DNA of 36,699 bases. Origin: a virus (taxonomy: Duplodnaviria; Caudoviricetes). This document shows, in pieces, positions 27,759 to 36,699 of the stretch (position 1 is the stretch's first letter; each line of letters starts with the position of its first letter). The notes under the pieces were generated by a model, which saw nothing but the letters and a program-made list of their open reading frames with translations, was not told the DNA's origin and did no database searches. Location of the stretch: IMG/VR virus record IMGVR_UViG_3300027769_000069, positions 1-36,699 of that record; one strand, written 5' to 3'. The position numbers were made by a program, and so were the translations under genes.

Positions 27759-28001
27759 TCAGCTCAGCTTGCCGCTGAGAACGGCGATCTTGGCTTCAGC
27801 AGCCGAGATCATGGCATCGGTAGCACCGGGATTCAGGAGCACACCGCCGACCAAGCCGTTGATCTGCATCTTGATGCGATCTTCGGCAGGGATCTGCGCG
27901 AGGCGTTCCTGACGGGCCTGCACCTTGTCGGCGTGGGCCTGCACGGAAACCTTGATACCAAGGCGGTCGAGTGCCGCCTGACGAGAAGTGATGTTGTCCA
28001 T
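27759..28001 (-). CDS. small GC-rich hypothetical protein upstream of the ncRNA candidate
   Basis: 80 aa from MDNITSRQ with GAAAGGA RBS. Confidence 0.7.
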   Translation of the reverse strand: MDNITSRQAALDRLGIKVSVQAHADKVQARQERLAQIPAEDRIKMQINGLVGGVLLNPGATDAMISAAEAKIAVLSGKLS

Positions 28002-28326
28002 CACATTCCTTTCGTAAGGGGATAGTAACCAAGAACGCAACGAGCGTACATGACAACCTCCCAAACAGAAAAACTTGCGTTTTTCACACACGACATCCCG
28101 AAGGGTGGCGCGGCCTTCAGGGTATATTAAGTTACGATTGGGAAAAAAGCAGGTACCAAAGCTATCATGCCCGATTTTGGTAAATTCGATATAAAGCCAC
28201 GGTAAGTTGGGGGCTATCTAGGTATCCCCCGGTATATTCGGAGGTCACAGAGGGCATTCTAGGGGCCTTAACGGGTACACTAGGTTACTATGGGGTACAA
28301 AGCCGTAAGCCAACTCACGGGAACTA

Positions 28327-28384
28327 GGGTACTTATGGGTACAGGACCGGGTAAATTGGGTAACTCCTGGGTATGGTAAGGGTA
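28327..28384. repeat. helically phased GGGTA pentamer array
   Basis: GGGTA at 28327, 28337, 28349, 28358, 28369 and 28380. Confidence 0.75.
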
Positions 28385-28407
28385 CAGAGGTTAATAATAA
28401 CCTAATA

Positions 28408-28436
28408 GAAAATCCCCTAGGGGTTTCCTAGGGGAT
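28408..28436 (-). terminator. terminator-like hairpin
   Basis: ATCCCCTAGG/CCTAGGGGAT followed by TTTCT, just after the stop of the upstream CDS. Confidence 0.65.
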
Positions 28437-28441
28437 GATGG

Positions 28442-28978
28442 TCAGACCAGAATGGTGTATTCTGGCAGTCGCCTACCGCTGACCACGGGGACGATGCGGT
28501 GTGCTGGCAGCTTAGCGGACACGCACTGATCATTCCAGGTCTTGGACCAGGTGGACCAAGCTTCGGTAGTGTCAGTAGCGTAGACTGTCAGGGCAGCAAT
28601 GATGCTGCGGCTGGTTCCGCCAACCTCACGAACGTAGAAGTTGGACTTCAGTTCCAGCTTGCCAGTAGCCATCCACGGTGCACGACCGCTTGGGTCGCGC
28701 TGGATCGTGACACCCTTGGAGGTGTAGATCCAACCATCCAGATCGGCCTCGTACTCCTTGGCCATAATCTGGTGGATGCTAACGCCCATGCCCATCTGAA
28801 CAACACGCAGATGGCAGAACTCAGTCTTCTTCCCCTTGATGTCCACACGCCAACTAGTGGCGTTTGACCACACGCGGTAAGCGTGGGTCGTAGACGAGAA
28901 GAACATGGGCGCACCGACCGGGGTGGACAGAACTTCACTGCCACAACCGATCACGATCTCGGGCTTAGGAAGAGTCAT
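28442..28978 (-). CDS. GC-rich hypothetical protein
   Basis: About 178 aa; GGAG RBS favours the MTLPK start; follows the second RNAP. Confidence 0.7.
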   Translation of the reverse strand: MTLPKPEIVIGCGSEVLSTPVGAPMFFSSTTHAYRVWSNATSWRVDIKGKKTEFCHLRVVQMGMGVSIHQIMAKEYEADLDGWIYTSKGVTIQRDPSGRAPWMATGKLELKSNFYVREVGGTSRSIIAALTVYATDTTEAWSTWSKTWNDQCVSAKLPAHRIVPVVSGRRLPEYTILV

Positions 28979-29046
28979 AGACATCTCCATATGCTAGGTT
29001 TTATGGGAATTGGGATACAAACCTAGACAAACTTTCCCATATAAAT

Positions 29047-29074
29047 CCCCCCTAGGTTTGACCCTAGGGGGGAA
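29047..29074 (-). terminator. strong hairpin after the second RNAP
   Basis: tcccccctagg/cctagggggga inverted repeat, weak T tail. Confidence 0.55.
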
Positions 29075-29087
29075 GTTGCGGGGTAGA

Positions 29088-30992
29088 TCAGCGGAAGATG
29101 TGATCAGCAGCTGCGACGAATTCAGCTTCAGTCACATCGTTCTTGATCGTTGGGAAGAGCTTGCCAAGCTCCTCCTGCATGGAAGTGCGGTAGTTGCCCA
29201 CGCACTGGCGGTACATGTTCCGGGCATACACCTGGGACAAGTCCCGCATCCAAGGACCAATGCGAACAGTGATCGCATCGTGTCGGGTCGAAACAACACA
29301 ACCCTTGGACTTGGATTCCATGTCGTTGATGGTGTCAGTCAGGGTCCTGGCATCCTGACAGGTGGTTACAGCCACCAACGAACCGTTCGGCGTATCATCC
29401 CGGTTGACCACACCGGTAGGCTCGTAGGGAAGCACAGGCTGGCCAGTCTCATCACGGTGACCCGTAATGAATGGAGCCATCCTAGGCTGGAAGCGAGTGG
29501 GCCACCCACGCTCCTTGCACAACTCAAGGCAAGAGTGTGGGAGAGAGATGCTGATGGTGGGAAGATCCCGCTTCTGAGTCACGGGATCTACCGGGAACCA
29601 ATCCAAAGCAGGGACTGCCTTGTAGTGGTTGAACTTCACACCATCGTACTGGTAGGCGAAGGTTTCGCCATTGGCATAGCGAGCCTTCATGTGTGCCAAC
29701 CAGACATCACCCAGGTGGAACAGGGCAGGGTCCCACTTCTGGACCGCTGCCACTGACGCGTCACTGACCCGCTTGGCCAGCAGCTTGATGTCGGACTGAG
29801 GCCAGTCCTTGATCAAGCACAACTCCGGGCGGAAATCCTCAGCCCGAAGGACGGCTTCCTTGAGAGAGAACGGGGCAAGGACATTGCCTTCGTTATCTTC
29901 AAGCTGCCCACCCATCCCGTAGAGGAACACGGCACCGAGCTGTCGCCCAGTGTAATTGGTGACTGTCAGGACATTCTTGCCCCAGTCTTGCGACCGAACA
30001 AACGTCTTGACCTCTTCTGGGAATTCACCCTCAATGAAGGGGGTGATCCCAGCGTACACCTTCTTGCCTGCCATCACATCACGGCAAGCACGCGTTCCTC
30101 CCGCAGCCAGCGAAGTAGCAACTGGGCCTTGGGCATGGGCATCCTTGCCAATGTGACCAAAGCTGAGGCCAGTATTCCTAGCCTCTGCCAGTTGCTGACA
30201 GTTCTGGACAAAGCGGAGGATGTTGCGCTTCTTCAGCCCAACACCACGAAGACCACCAATGGGGTTAACAAACAACCCCAAGGCGAATTCTTCGTCCTTG
30301 CCAGTGCGCTGCACCACGTCGATGCCGACCTTGGCATCGGCTGCGATCATGTGTTCCCACATGTCGCAGTCTTCCTTGCTGACCTTGTTGGGTTCAGCAA
30401 GCTGCCAGAGGGCACACACATCCCCATCCAGCATCGTGGGCAGGACCTTGCCATCCCGATTGTATGCGTAGAAACGACCACCACGCAGATCGGGAGAGTG
30501 CCAGAATTGCACGGCCTCACCCTTGGTGAGCTTGGCCATGTTCTCAATCTGCCACTTGGCAAGGTACTCCATCAGGAAGATCGGCTCATTGACAATAACC
30601 TTGCGATCATTGTGGACAACCTCGTAAGTCTTGCGACCCATCATGGTTGCCACCTTGATTGCAAAGTCGAACATGCGCTCATCGCGCACGAACTGAACCG
30701 AGTCCATCACCAGCATGCCACTTGCGTGGCTGGCCCAACAACGAGTGTCAGGCATGAGGTCCATGATGTCCTCGCCCTGTCGCCGCAGGGTCCAGGACTT
30801 GTAGACCTGTGTTCCTGCCTTGTGCACTTCGCAGTGCATCCGGTATGCACCGGAGAGAATCATCTTACCGATGACACCTCCGGTAACGGCGAACGATGAC
30901 GGATCCACCCCCGCAAGGATGGATTCCGACTGGAGAGCCACGACCAGATCGTGGATTGAGTACTCTCCCTTACCCATGAATGGAATGTTCAT
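29088..30992 (-). CDS. divergent T7-type single-subunit RNA polymerase homologue (second copy)
   Basis: Colinear DLRGGRFY, GKDAHAQG (motif A), KNVLTVTNY (motif B, K-x7-Y), TCQDA and RHDAI (motif C). Confidence 0.78.
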   Translation of the reverse strand: MNIPFMGKGEYSIHDLVVALQSESILAGVDPSSFAVTGGVIGKMILSGAYRMHCEVHKAGTQVYKSWTLRRQGEDIMDLMPDTRCWASHASGMLVMDSVQFVRDERMFDFAIKVATMMGRKTYEVVHNDRKVIVNEPIFLMEYLAKWQIENMAKLTKGEAVQFWHSPDLRGGRFYAYNRDGKVLPTMLDGDVCALWQLAEPNKVSKEDCDMWEHMIAADAKVGIDVVQRTGKDEEFALGLFVNPIGGLRGVGLKKRNILRFVQNCQQLAEARNTGLSFGHIGKDAHAQGPVATSLAAGGTRACRDVMAGKKVYAGITPFIEGEFPEEVKTFVRSQDWGKNVLTVTNYTGRQLGAVFLYGMGGQLEDNEGNVLAPFSLKEAVLRAEDFRPELCLIKDWPQSDIKLLAKRVSDASVAAVQKWDPALFHLGDVWLAHMKARYANGETFAYQYDGVKFNHYKAVPALDWFPVDPVTQKRDLPTISISLPHSCLELCKERGWPTRFQPRMAPFITGHRDETGQPVLPYEPTGVVNRDDTPNGSLVAVTTCQDARTLTDTINDMESKSKGCVVSTRHDAITVRIGPWMRDLSQVYARNMYRQCVGNYRTSMQEELGKLFPTIKNDVTEAEFVAAADHIFR

Positions 30993-31219
30993 TGGGTTAT
31001 TTCCTCTCAATAAGAAGGAGAATGGGCCAACTTTATATAGCCTTGGACCATAGGCTTGCCCAACAGTAGGGCTATCTAACTACTTGGTACATGAACCAGC
31101 CTGTTTATGTACATTCCTGTACACAGAATGGTTATATCTCTCTTACTGGTATAGCCTCCTTTCAGAGCATCAGTAAGAGCAACCTCCACTTAAGGCGGGA
31201 GTAAACCAGCACTAGGCCA

Positions 31220-31252
31220 TAAAAAGAAATCCCCCAGATTACTCTGGGGGAT
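31220..31252 (-). terminator. intrinsic terminator
   Basis: ATCCCCCAGA-gtaa-TCTGGGGGAT followed by TTCTTTTT. Confidence 0.8.
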
Positions 31253-31260
31253 CTCCAAGA

Positions 31261-31398
31261 TCAGAAGTGGTTGCCGTAAACAACCATCGGATTGTACTTA
31301 TTAAACAGCTTAATCTTAGCCAAATCGTAAGACTCAGCCTCAATCTCAACCGTACGCACCGTTCCTTCAACATCACGAATCAAGAACTTGTAAGTCAT
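31261..31398 (-). CDS. 45-aa hypothetical protein (MTYKFLIRDVEG...)
   Basis: Read manually; GAAAGG RBS; bounded by terminators. Confidence 0.6.
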   Translation of the reverse strand: MTYKFLIRDVEGTVRTVEIEAESYDLAKIKLFNKYNPMVVYGNHF

Positions 31399-31450
31399 GA
31401 CTCTAACCTTTCTGTGGCATAGCCACATAGCAGGGCGGAATTGCCCTGGG

Positions 31451-31486
31451 AAAAAAACAACCAGAGAATTATTAGTTCTCTGGTTG
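31451..31486 (-). terminator. intrinsic terminator ending the late operon
   Basis: CAACCAGAGAA/TTCTCTGGTTG followed by T7. Confidence 0.8.
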
Positions 31487-31573
31487 CTTTGGTTTGATGG
31501 GGGGGATAGTGGGGGTAATCCACCCTCTGATTCCTTACCTACCCCCTCAAAAATTTCTGACCCCTAAGTCGAT

Positions 31574-34500
31574 TTACCTCAGTGAGTCTGGGGCTTTAAT
31601 CGGTGTAGTAGCCTGATCTTCCAACGATGGTTCTTTGATCTTTGGTTCTACTAGCTTAGGTGGAGTAGCTGGTTTTGTTGGCTCTACTGGCTTAGCTACT
31701 TCATCTGTTAAACCAAGAGATGGCAATCTGCGTTCTCTTAGTCTATCTACATACTGTTTTAGTTTTTGTGAAAGCTCTGCTTCAAACTGGCTATACATCA
31801 TTTGTTTGAATACAGAATCTGGAGTTGATAGATTCATATTCTGGTATTCGCCATAGGCAGTTGAGAATGCTGTATTTAGTTTCTTTCCTGTGCTATCACG
31901 CTTTCCAGAATCGTATGGTCCTTTGACTTTAGACTGTGCTTCATTTGCAAGTCCTTGGTTAACTGCTGCTTTTACAATACCATTACTAAATATTGGTATT
32001 AGACCTAATCCACCGTTATATGCAGCCTTTAGTCTTTCCTCGTCAGACTCTGCATTTATAAATGTATTAGTATTCTTTGCTAGGTTACCAAGTAATCTAG
32101 TTGCAGCAGTTAAACCTAAGCCTTGTAACTCTGGTTCAGTGCCACGTTTCCCAGCAACGGTATTAGCCAAATAGAATATTATATCTAGTATAAAGTTACC
32201 ATTAAGTGTAAGCATTGGGTTTCTAATTACAGACCGGGCTAGAATCTGTATTAATTTTTCTGAGGGCTTACCCTTTAGTAATCTGTCTATTTCATCTAAG
32301 CTAAGGAATCCAGACGCAACAGCAAGGAATGTCTGGTACATGATATCGCCTACAAAGTAGGCTAACATAAGTCCTGCCATCTTACTTGTAGACATTCTTG
32401 CACTATTCCTTAACATCATCTGTCCAGCAAACAAGATAGAGTATGATCTATACAGGGACATAAACTTAGCTAGTGGAGTATCATCTGTAATTGCATCCAT
32501 TACAGAGGAAGAAACTAATCCCTGTTTAACTGATAGTTCTTGGAACTTTTCAATAGATCCAACAGCTTTAATTAGTTCTTTCTTGCTTAATGATATACCA
32601 TCTACTAGAACTCTAAAGTCATCTGGTAGTTCAAGGATCTTATCCATGTAGGTTGTAATGCTAACCTTACCACTGTTTCTTAGATACTTAAGAGCTTCAA
32701 TAGTGCCTAGTTCAAAGATACCAGCAGCTTTCATTCTTAGTACAGACTCTGGTGATGGTAGACTGCGTTGACCACTGTTACGTAGTTTCTTTAGTAGAGT
32801 GACATAGCTTCGATAATCTTTCTTTTCAATAGAAGAATCAATTAACAGTCTACGAATTTCTTGTAGGTTGTTTGTATTGAGTTGTCTATTTAGTTGTGTT
32901 CTAGCAACAGAAGCCAGTGCTGTTCTTGCTGCAAGGGATGTTGCCATGTTTAAAGCTTGGGTTGCACTTAAGAATCTATTGAATCCTCTGTTTACTTTTT
33001 GGGTAAAGTCTACTTCGCCATACAACTGTTCCCAAGAACTTGCAAAGTTATTGTTGGAGTCCCATAGGATTTCTGCAAAGTCTGCAAAGTCTCCACGAAT
33101 TTGGGTTTGTTTCCAGCCATCACCAAAAGCACCGACGCTTAGTCTAAGTGAGTCTGCAATAAACTTACCGTAGAAATTCAATGCACCCATAGGCCCACCA
33201 ATAATAGATGAACCAAATGCACCAGCTACTGAGTCTACAAGAATACCAGCTGCAATCTGGTTTGGACTCCATAGGATATTTGCAGCTAGTGTACCATATC
33301 TAAGTAATGCAGCAGATACATTTGATCCTTCTGTTTCTCTGGATGCTGAACGCATATTCCACATAAACTTATACTTATGCTCTAATACAGTTAGTGCACT
33401 CTTAAGTAGTTCAACCTGTTCTGGTGTTAGCCCGGTTGCTCTTGGACCATTAGGAGTCATTTCAAATTGACCATAAGTTAATGATGAACCAGAACCTCTT
33501 TGTTTCTCATCAAGACTCTTGCTACCATTCTCAACATAGTCTTTTAGAATGGAGATTAACTTTAATATATCATAACCCTGTACATTAGTAATCTTATAGA
33601 TTAACGAACGGGATACCGCTTGTTGACCTAAGCCACTACCAATTGATTTTATGATGGATCTAATATCTCTAGAGAAGCCAGCACGAATTGACTGTAGTTC
33701 TTCTAATCCCAATGTATCTACATAAGCATCACCAAATATATCATCAACAGTCAAGTTGATATCATCTGCATATGTTACGGCTGCGCTTGTACCAATTGTA
33801 TTTACAAAGTCAATAGCAAGCAACTCCATAATAGAGTTAGTCTCTGGGTTTAGAATCTGTCTTTCTTCTTTGATCTTAATTGGGAACCGTTCGGTTCTCA
33901 TTGCGTTTATCTTCTTAGATAAACCTGGTGGGTTAGCTTCATCATTTGTTATTGTATTCTTAATAGCATCCCTAATAATGTTTATTTGTTCTGGAGTTAT
34001 GCCAGACTCATTTGCTATTAAGATTGAGTTAAGGTTATTAACTCTGTTGGTACTTGCCCGTAGCAAAGCTTTATATCCACGCTTAAGATCAACCATAGCA
34101 TTTATATTACCAGCAACAGCACCCCGTTTAATACTATCCTTTTTGTCGCCTAGTGAAGAAGATCCTTCTTTTTCTCTGGCAGCATATGATAAGATAGCAT
34201 TAAACATAATTGACTCAAAAGAGTTATTTGGTGTTATGCTTACGTTGCGTTCAATAAACGATAGGAATTCTTTATCGTTTCTAACATCAGACAATGAGCC
34301 AGTTGAAATAAGTGGCATACCCGATGTTAGCATAAATGTAACTGGATGAATCTTATCAGAATCAACTAGTTCTTTAAGTTGCTTTGCTCTAACTAAAGAT
34401 GTTAAACCAGATAGGAATTGTCTTCTTCTACCTTTGTAATTCTTTGGGTTTTTGTTTTCTCTAAACTGATCTATATCAAGTTTAAATGCCAAAAAACTAT

Positions 34501-36699
34501 CGTGGAATTTTCTATTCTTATCCTTTAGATTTGCATCCCTAATGATATTGTGTAGCATTTCAGAAGACTTGCGATAAACATCACCTAGTCTTCTAATTGC
34601 ATTTTGCTCTTCTGTTGTAAATGATGGATTAATAGTTCCGTTTACAAGATAGCTAAATGCTTCTAGTACTATATCTGATGCTTTGTTAGTTGCTCCTGGT
34701 TTTGGAACTACAGAACTAAACTGAGCTACAACCTGATTGTATACAGAAGAAACTTGATTAACAAGTAGATTAACTTGATACTGATTTTGCTTTAGGCCGT
34801 CCAATCCTTCGTTGCCTGTAAAGTAAGCATCTGTTGTTTGGGCTTCTGCATCAATTAGATTAGCAAGAGATACAACAATACCAAAGGGTGAGTTGTATGT
34901 TAATCCTGTTTGAGCACCAGTTAATCCTAAGATAGATGTACCAAAGGTTTGCATGGATTGGATCATTCTGTTTCGCTTATGGCCATCGTTTTCCATAGCA
35001 ATACCTTGGCTAAATAAACCCATAAGTTGTCTTGCAAGGTAAGCAGCAGTGCCTTTGCTATCTACACGTTTACCTCTAAAGTCACTTAGTTTTCTAATTA
35101 TGTGGTCTACCAATACTAGATTTTCTGTATCGTTTTCCGGCTCTGCAAACTCAGTACCACCAGTACTTCGATTCCGTAGTTCGGTAAGCGTAGTATAGTA
35201 TACTTCATCACTTATACCCAAGTGATCTCTGTTATTAACCCATCTATCTTTTATAGATTCTATTCTAGCAGCAACGGCAGTATGGCGTGGAGAACCTGGT
35301 TCTAATGTTGCTAGTTCATCCTTAAGTTGCTGGTACTCGCTCATATTCCTTTGCTTTTCAGTATCAAAGGCTTCTTTTTGTTCTGGCGTTACTCCTGGAT
35401 TATAGTTTATAGAAGCATCATAAATAATAAAACTGTCTTCCAATGCGTCTTTATAAACTTCCTGCACCGCTGTTCTTGTATCAGAAGTTGCATCAAAGAA
35501 TGCATTAAACACTCTGTTTACTTTTTCAGACACACCCCTATACTTTTTCTTAATCATCATTTCATCTAGGAAGATAGCCGCCCCATTAGCAAAGTAGGCA
35601 ATAGCATTGAATGTACGCTTCCACCAAGAATTAACCTTTGTAGTTATATCATTGGTTTCTTCCATAGCCTTTAGTTCTACACCATCCTTGCCACCAACAG
35701 CTCTAGTAATAAGCATCTGGCTGCCCCACATAACTAAAGCTTCTTCAACATTTTCTTGATAGAACTTAATTAGTTTGTTAATATCAGCTCTTGTTAGTGA
35801 TTGGTTTCCAGAGAATGCATTGATAACCATACGTTCAATTGCTTCTTGACCAGACTCAGTTTGTAGACTTTCCATTGCTTCTTCAAATCCAATTCTATCT
35901 CGGATCTTAGAATAGTTTAAAGCAATGTGTGATAGTTCATGAGATAGTGTTTCTACTGCTTGCTCTGCTGATCTTTCTGCAATTATTGCTTTTGCTTTAT
36001 CTGGTGATGCAGCAAAGACAATTTCAAATACATCATTTGTTTTGCGGATCTTAGCTAGTTTGTTGTTTTCGACTCTATCAATATTAATTGTTAGGTGTTC
36101 TTCTAACTCTGGATGTTTGTGTAATACATAACCAACCATTGCTCTATAGGTTTGTTCTGTTAATGAATCTAAACCTAAAGATTTAATTTGGTTATTTAAT
36201 GTTTCACCAGCTTTGTTAAACTTGCTTAAGAATACAGTTTCGTTTCCAAACTTAGTAGCTGTTTCAGTTGAATCAGTATTATAGAATGTTAATTCCAAAC
36301 CAGACTCGGCATTCATTAAATCTATAGTTTGCTTTGTTGCTAACTGAATAAGTTTCTTATCTTCTGCTTTTAGTTTTGTTCCTGCCGCTTCTAAAGAAGC
36401 AATAAACTTTACAGAAGCTGTTTCTACACTTAGTTCATTAGTTGGAATGTCGGCTCTTTGTAAGAAACCTCTAACTGAAGTATAGTATGGATTAGATAGT
36501 GGGTCATTGATTTGTTTTACTTGTCTTTGAATTCTAATAATGATTTCAGTTAGATTTTCAATAGTCTTTTGTTTTACACCCTTCTTTCTTAGGGTATAAG
36601 CAACTAAAGATTCTATAGAGTTTCTAGTCATATCTGGATTGGATATATACATAGAAACTACTGGCAATAGTTGTCTAATGTTTTCTTCATCAGTCATTA
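31574..36699 (-). CDS. large internal virion / ejection protein (probably 5'-truncated by the window)
   Basis: At least 1707 aa, helical composition, last gene before terminators; contains HELSH (HExxH). Confidence 0.7.
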   Translation of the reverse strand, partial: MTDEENIRQLLPVVSMYISNPDMTRNSIESLVAYTLRKKGVKQKTIENLTEIIIRIQRQVKQINDPLSNPYYTSVRGFLQRADIPTNELSVETASVKFIASLEAAGTKLKAEDKKLIQLATKQTIDLMNAESGLELTFYNTDSTETATKFGNETVFLSKFNKAGETLNNQIKSLGLDSLTEQTYRAMVGYVLHKHPELEEHLTINIDRVENNKLAKIRKTNDVFEIVFAASPDKAKAIIAERSAEQAVETLSHELSHIALNYSKIRDRIGFEEAMESLQTESGQEAIERMVINAFSGNQSLTRADINKLIKFYQENVEEALVMWGSQMLITRAVGGKDGVELKAMEETNDITTKVNSWWKRTFNAIAYFANGAAIFLDEMMIKKKYRGVSEKVNRVFNAFFDATSDTRTAVQEVYKDALEDSFIIYDASINYNPGVTPEQKEAFDTEKQRNMSEYQQLKDELATLEPGSPRHTAVAARIESIKDRWVNNRDHLGISDEVYYTTLTELRNRSTGGTEFAEPENDTENLVLVDHIIRKLSDFRGKRVDSKGTAAYLARQLMGLFSQGIAMENDGHKRNRMIQSMQTFGTSILGLTGAQTGLTYNSPFGIVVSLANLIDAEAQTTDAYFTGNEGLDGLKQNQYQVNLLVNQVSSVYNQVVAQFSSVVPKPGATNKASDIVLEAFSYLVNGTINPSFTTEEQNAIRRLGDVYRKSSEMLHNIIRDANLKDKNRKFHDSFLAFKLDIDQFRENKNPKNYKGRRRQFLSGLTSLVRAKQLKELVDSDKIHPVTFMLTSGMPLISTGSLSDVRNDKEFLSFIERNVSITPNNSFESIMFNAILSYAAREKEGSSSLGDKKDSIKRGAVAGNINAMVDLKRGYKALLRASTNRVNNLNSILIANESGITPEQINIIRDAIKNTITNDEANPPGLSKKINAMRTERFPIKIKEERQILNPETNSIMELLAIDFVNTIGTSAAVTYADDINLTVDDIFGDAYVDTLGLEELQSIRAGFSRDIRSIIKSIGSGLGQQAVSRSLIYKITNVQGYDILKLISILKDYVENGSKSLDEKQRGSGSSLTYGQFEMTPNGPRATGLTPEQVELLKSALTVLEHKYKFMWNMRSASRETEGSNVSAALLRYGTLAANILWSPNQIAAGILVDSVAGAFGSSIIGGPMGALNFYGKFIADSLRLSVGAFGDGWKQTQIRGDFADFAEILWDSNNNFASSWEQLYGEVDFTQKVNRGFNRFLSATQALNMATSLAARTALASVARTQLNRQLNTNNLQEIRRLLIDSSIEKKDYRSYVTLLKKLRNSGQRSLPSPESVLRMKAAGIFELGTIEALKYLRNSGKVSITTYMDKILELPDDFRVLVDGISLSKKELIKAVGSIEKFQELSVKQGLVSSSVMDAITDDTPLAKFMSLYRSYSILFAGQMMLRNSARMSTSKMAGLMLAYFVGDIMYQTFLAVASGFLSLDEIDRLLKGKPSEKLIQILARSVIRNPMLTLNGNFILDIIFYLANTVAGKRGTEPELQGLGLTAATRLLGNLAKNTNTFINAESDEERLKAAYNGGLGLIPIFSNGIVKAAVNQGLANEAQSKVKGPYDSGKRDSTGKKLNTAFSTAYGEYQNMNLSTPDSVFKQMMYSQFEAELSQKLKQYVDRLRERRLPSLGLTDEVAKPVEPTKPATPPKLVEPKIKEPSLEDQATTPIKAPDSLR

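Noticed and set aside
27383-27778. 131-aa plus-strand ORF within the structured region
   Set aside because: Opposite to all other genes, GTG start without an evident RBS, unprotein-like composition
29010-30899. Long plus-strand ORFs 29010..29756 and 29988..30899
   Set aside because: Antisense shadows of the GC-rich second RNAP; no motifs seen, and strong codon bias explains the lack of stops
31155-31175. Hammerhead-like CUGAUG...GAAA on the minus strand
   Set aside because: Lacks the CUGANGA core, and the GAAA is a hairpin tetraloop rather than the core junction
31499-31547. G-tracts and complementary C-tracts after the late gene
   Set aside because: Could be a hairpin or terminus signal, but too little evidence to call

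Overview
Part of a T7-like podovirus genome (Autographiviridae-like), coded almost entirely on the minus strand. In transcription order (high to low coordinates) it contains: the end of a large internal virion protein; a GC-rich island with a second, highly divergent T7-type RNA polymerase homologue; a ~750-nt non-coding stretch packed with hairpins and tandem pseudoknots; small early genes and DUF932; ThyX; the canonical phage RNAP; a metallophosphoesterase, SSB, RusA and a deaminase; four tRNAs reading A-ending codons plus one aberrant tRNA; a GC-rich tandem array of mosaic coiled-coil mini-gene cassettes; primase-helicase, family A DNA polymerase, dNMP kinase, exonuclease and class II ribonucleotide reductase (RNR); then portal, a tail-fibre-like gene and small basic proteins. 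The most unusual items are the second RNAP, the pseudoknot-chain RNA candidate and the cassette array, one cassette of which carries a fragment of an RNR active-site loop. All calls come from reading motifs by eye; no searches or folding programs were run.
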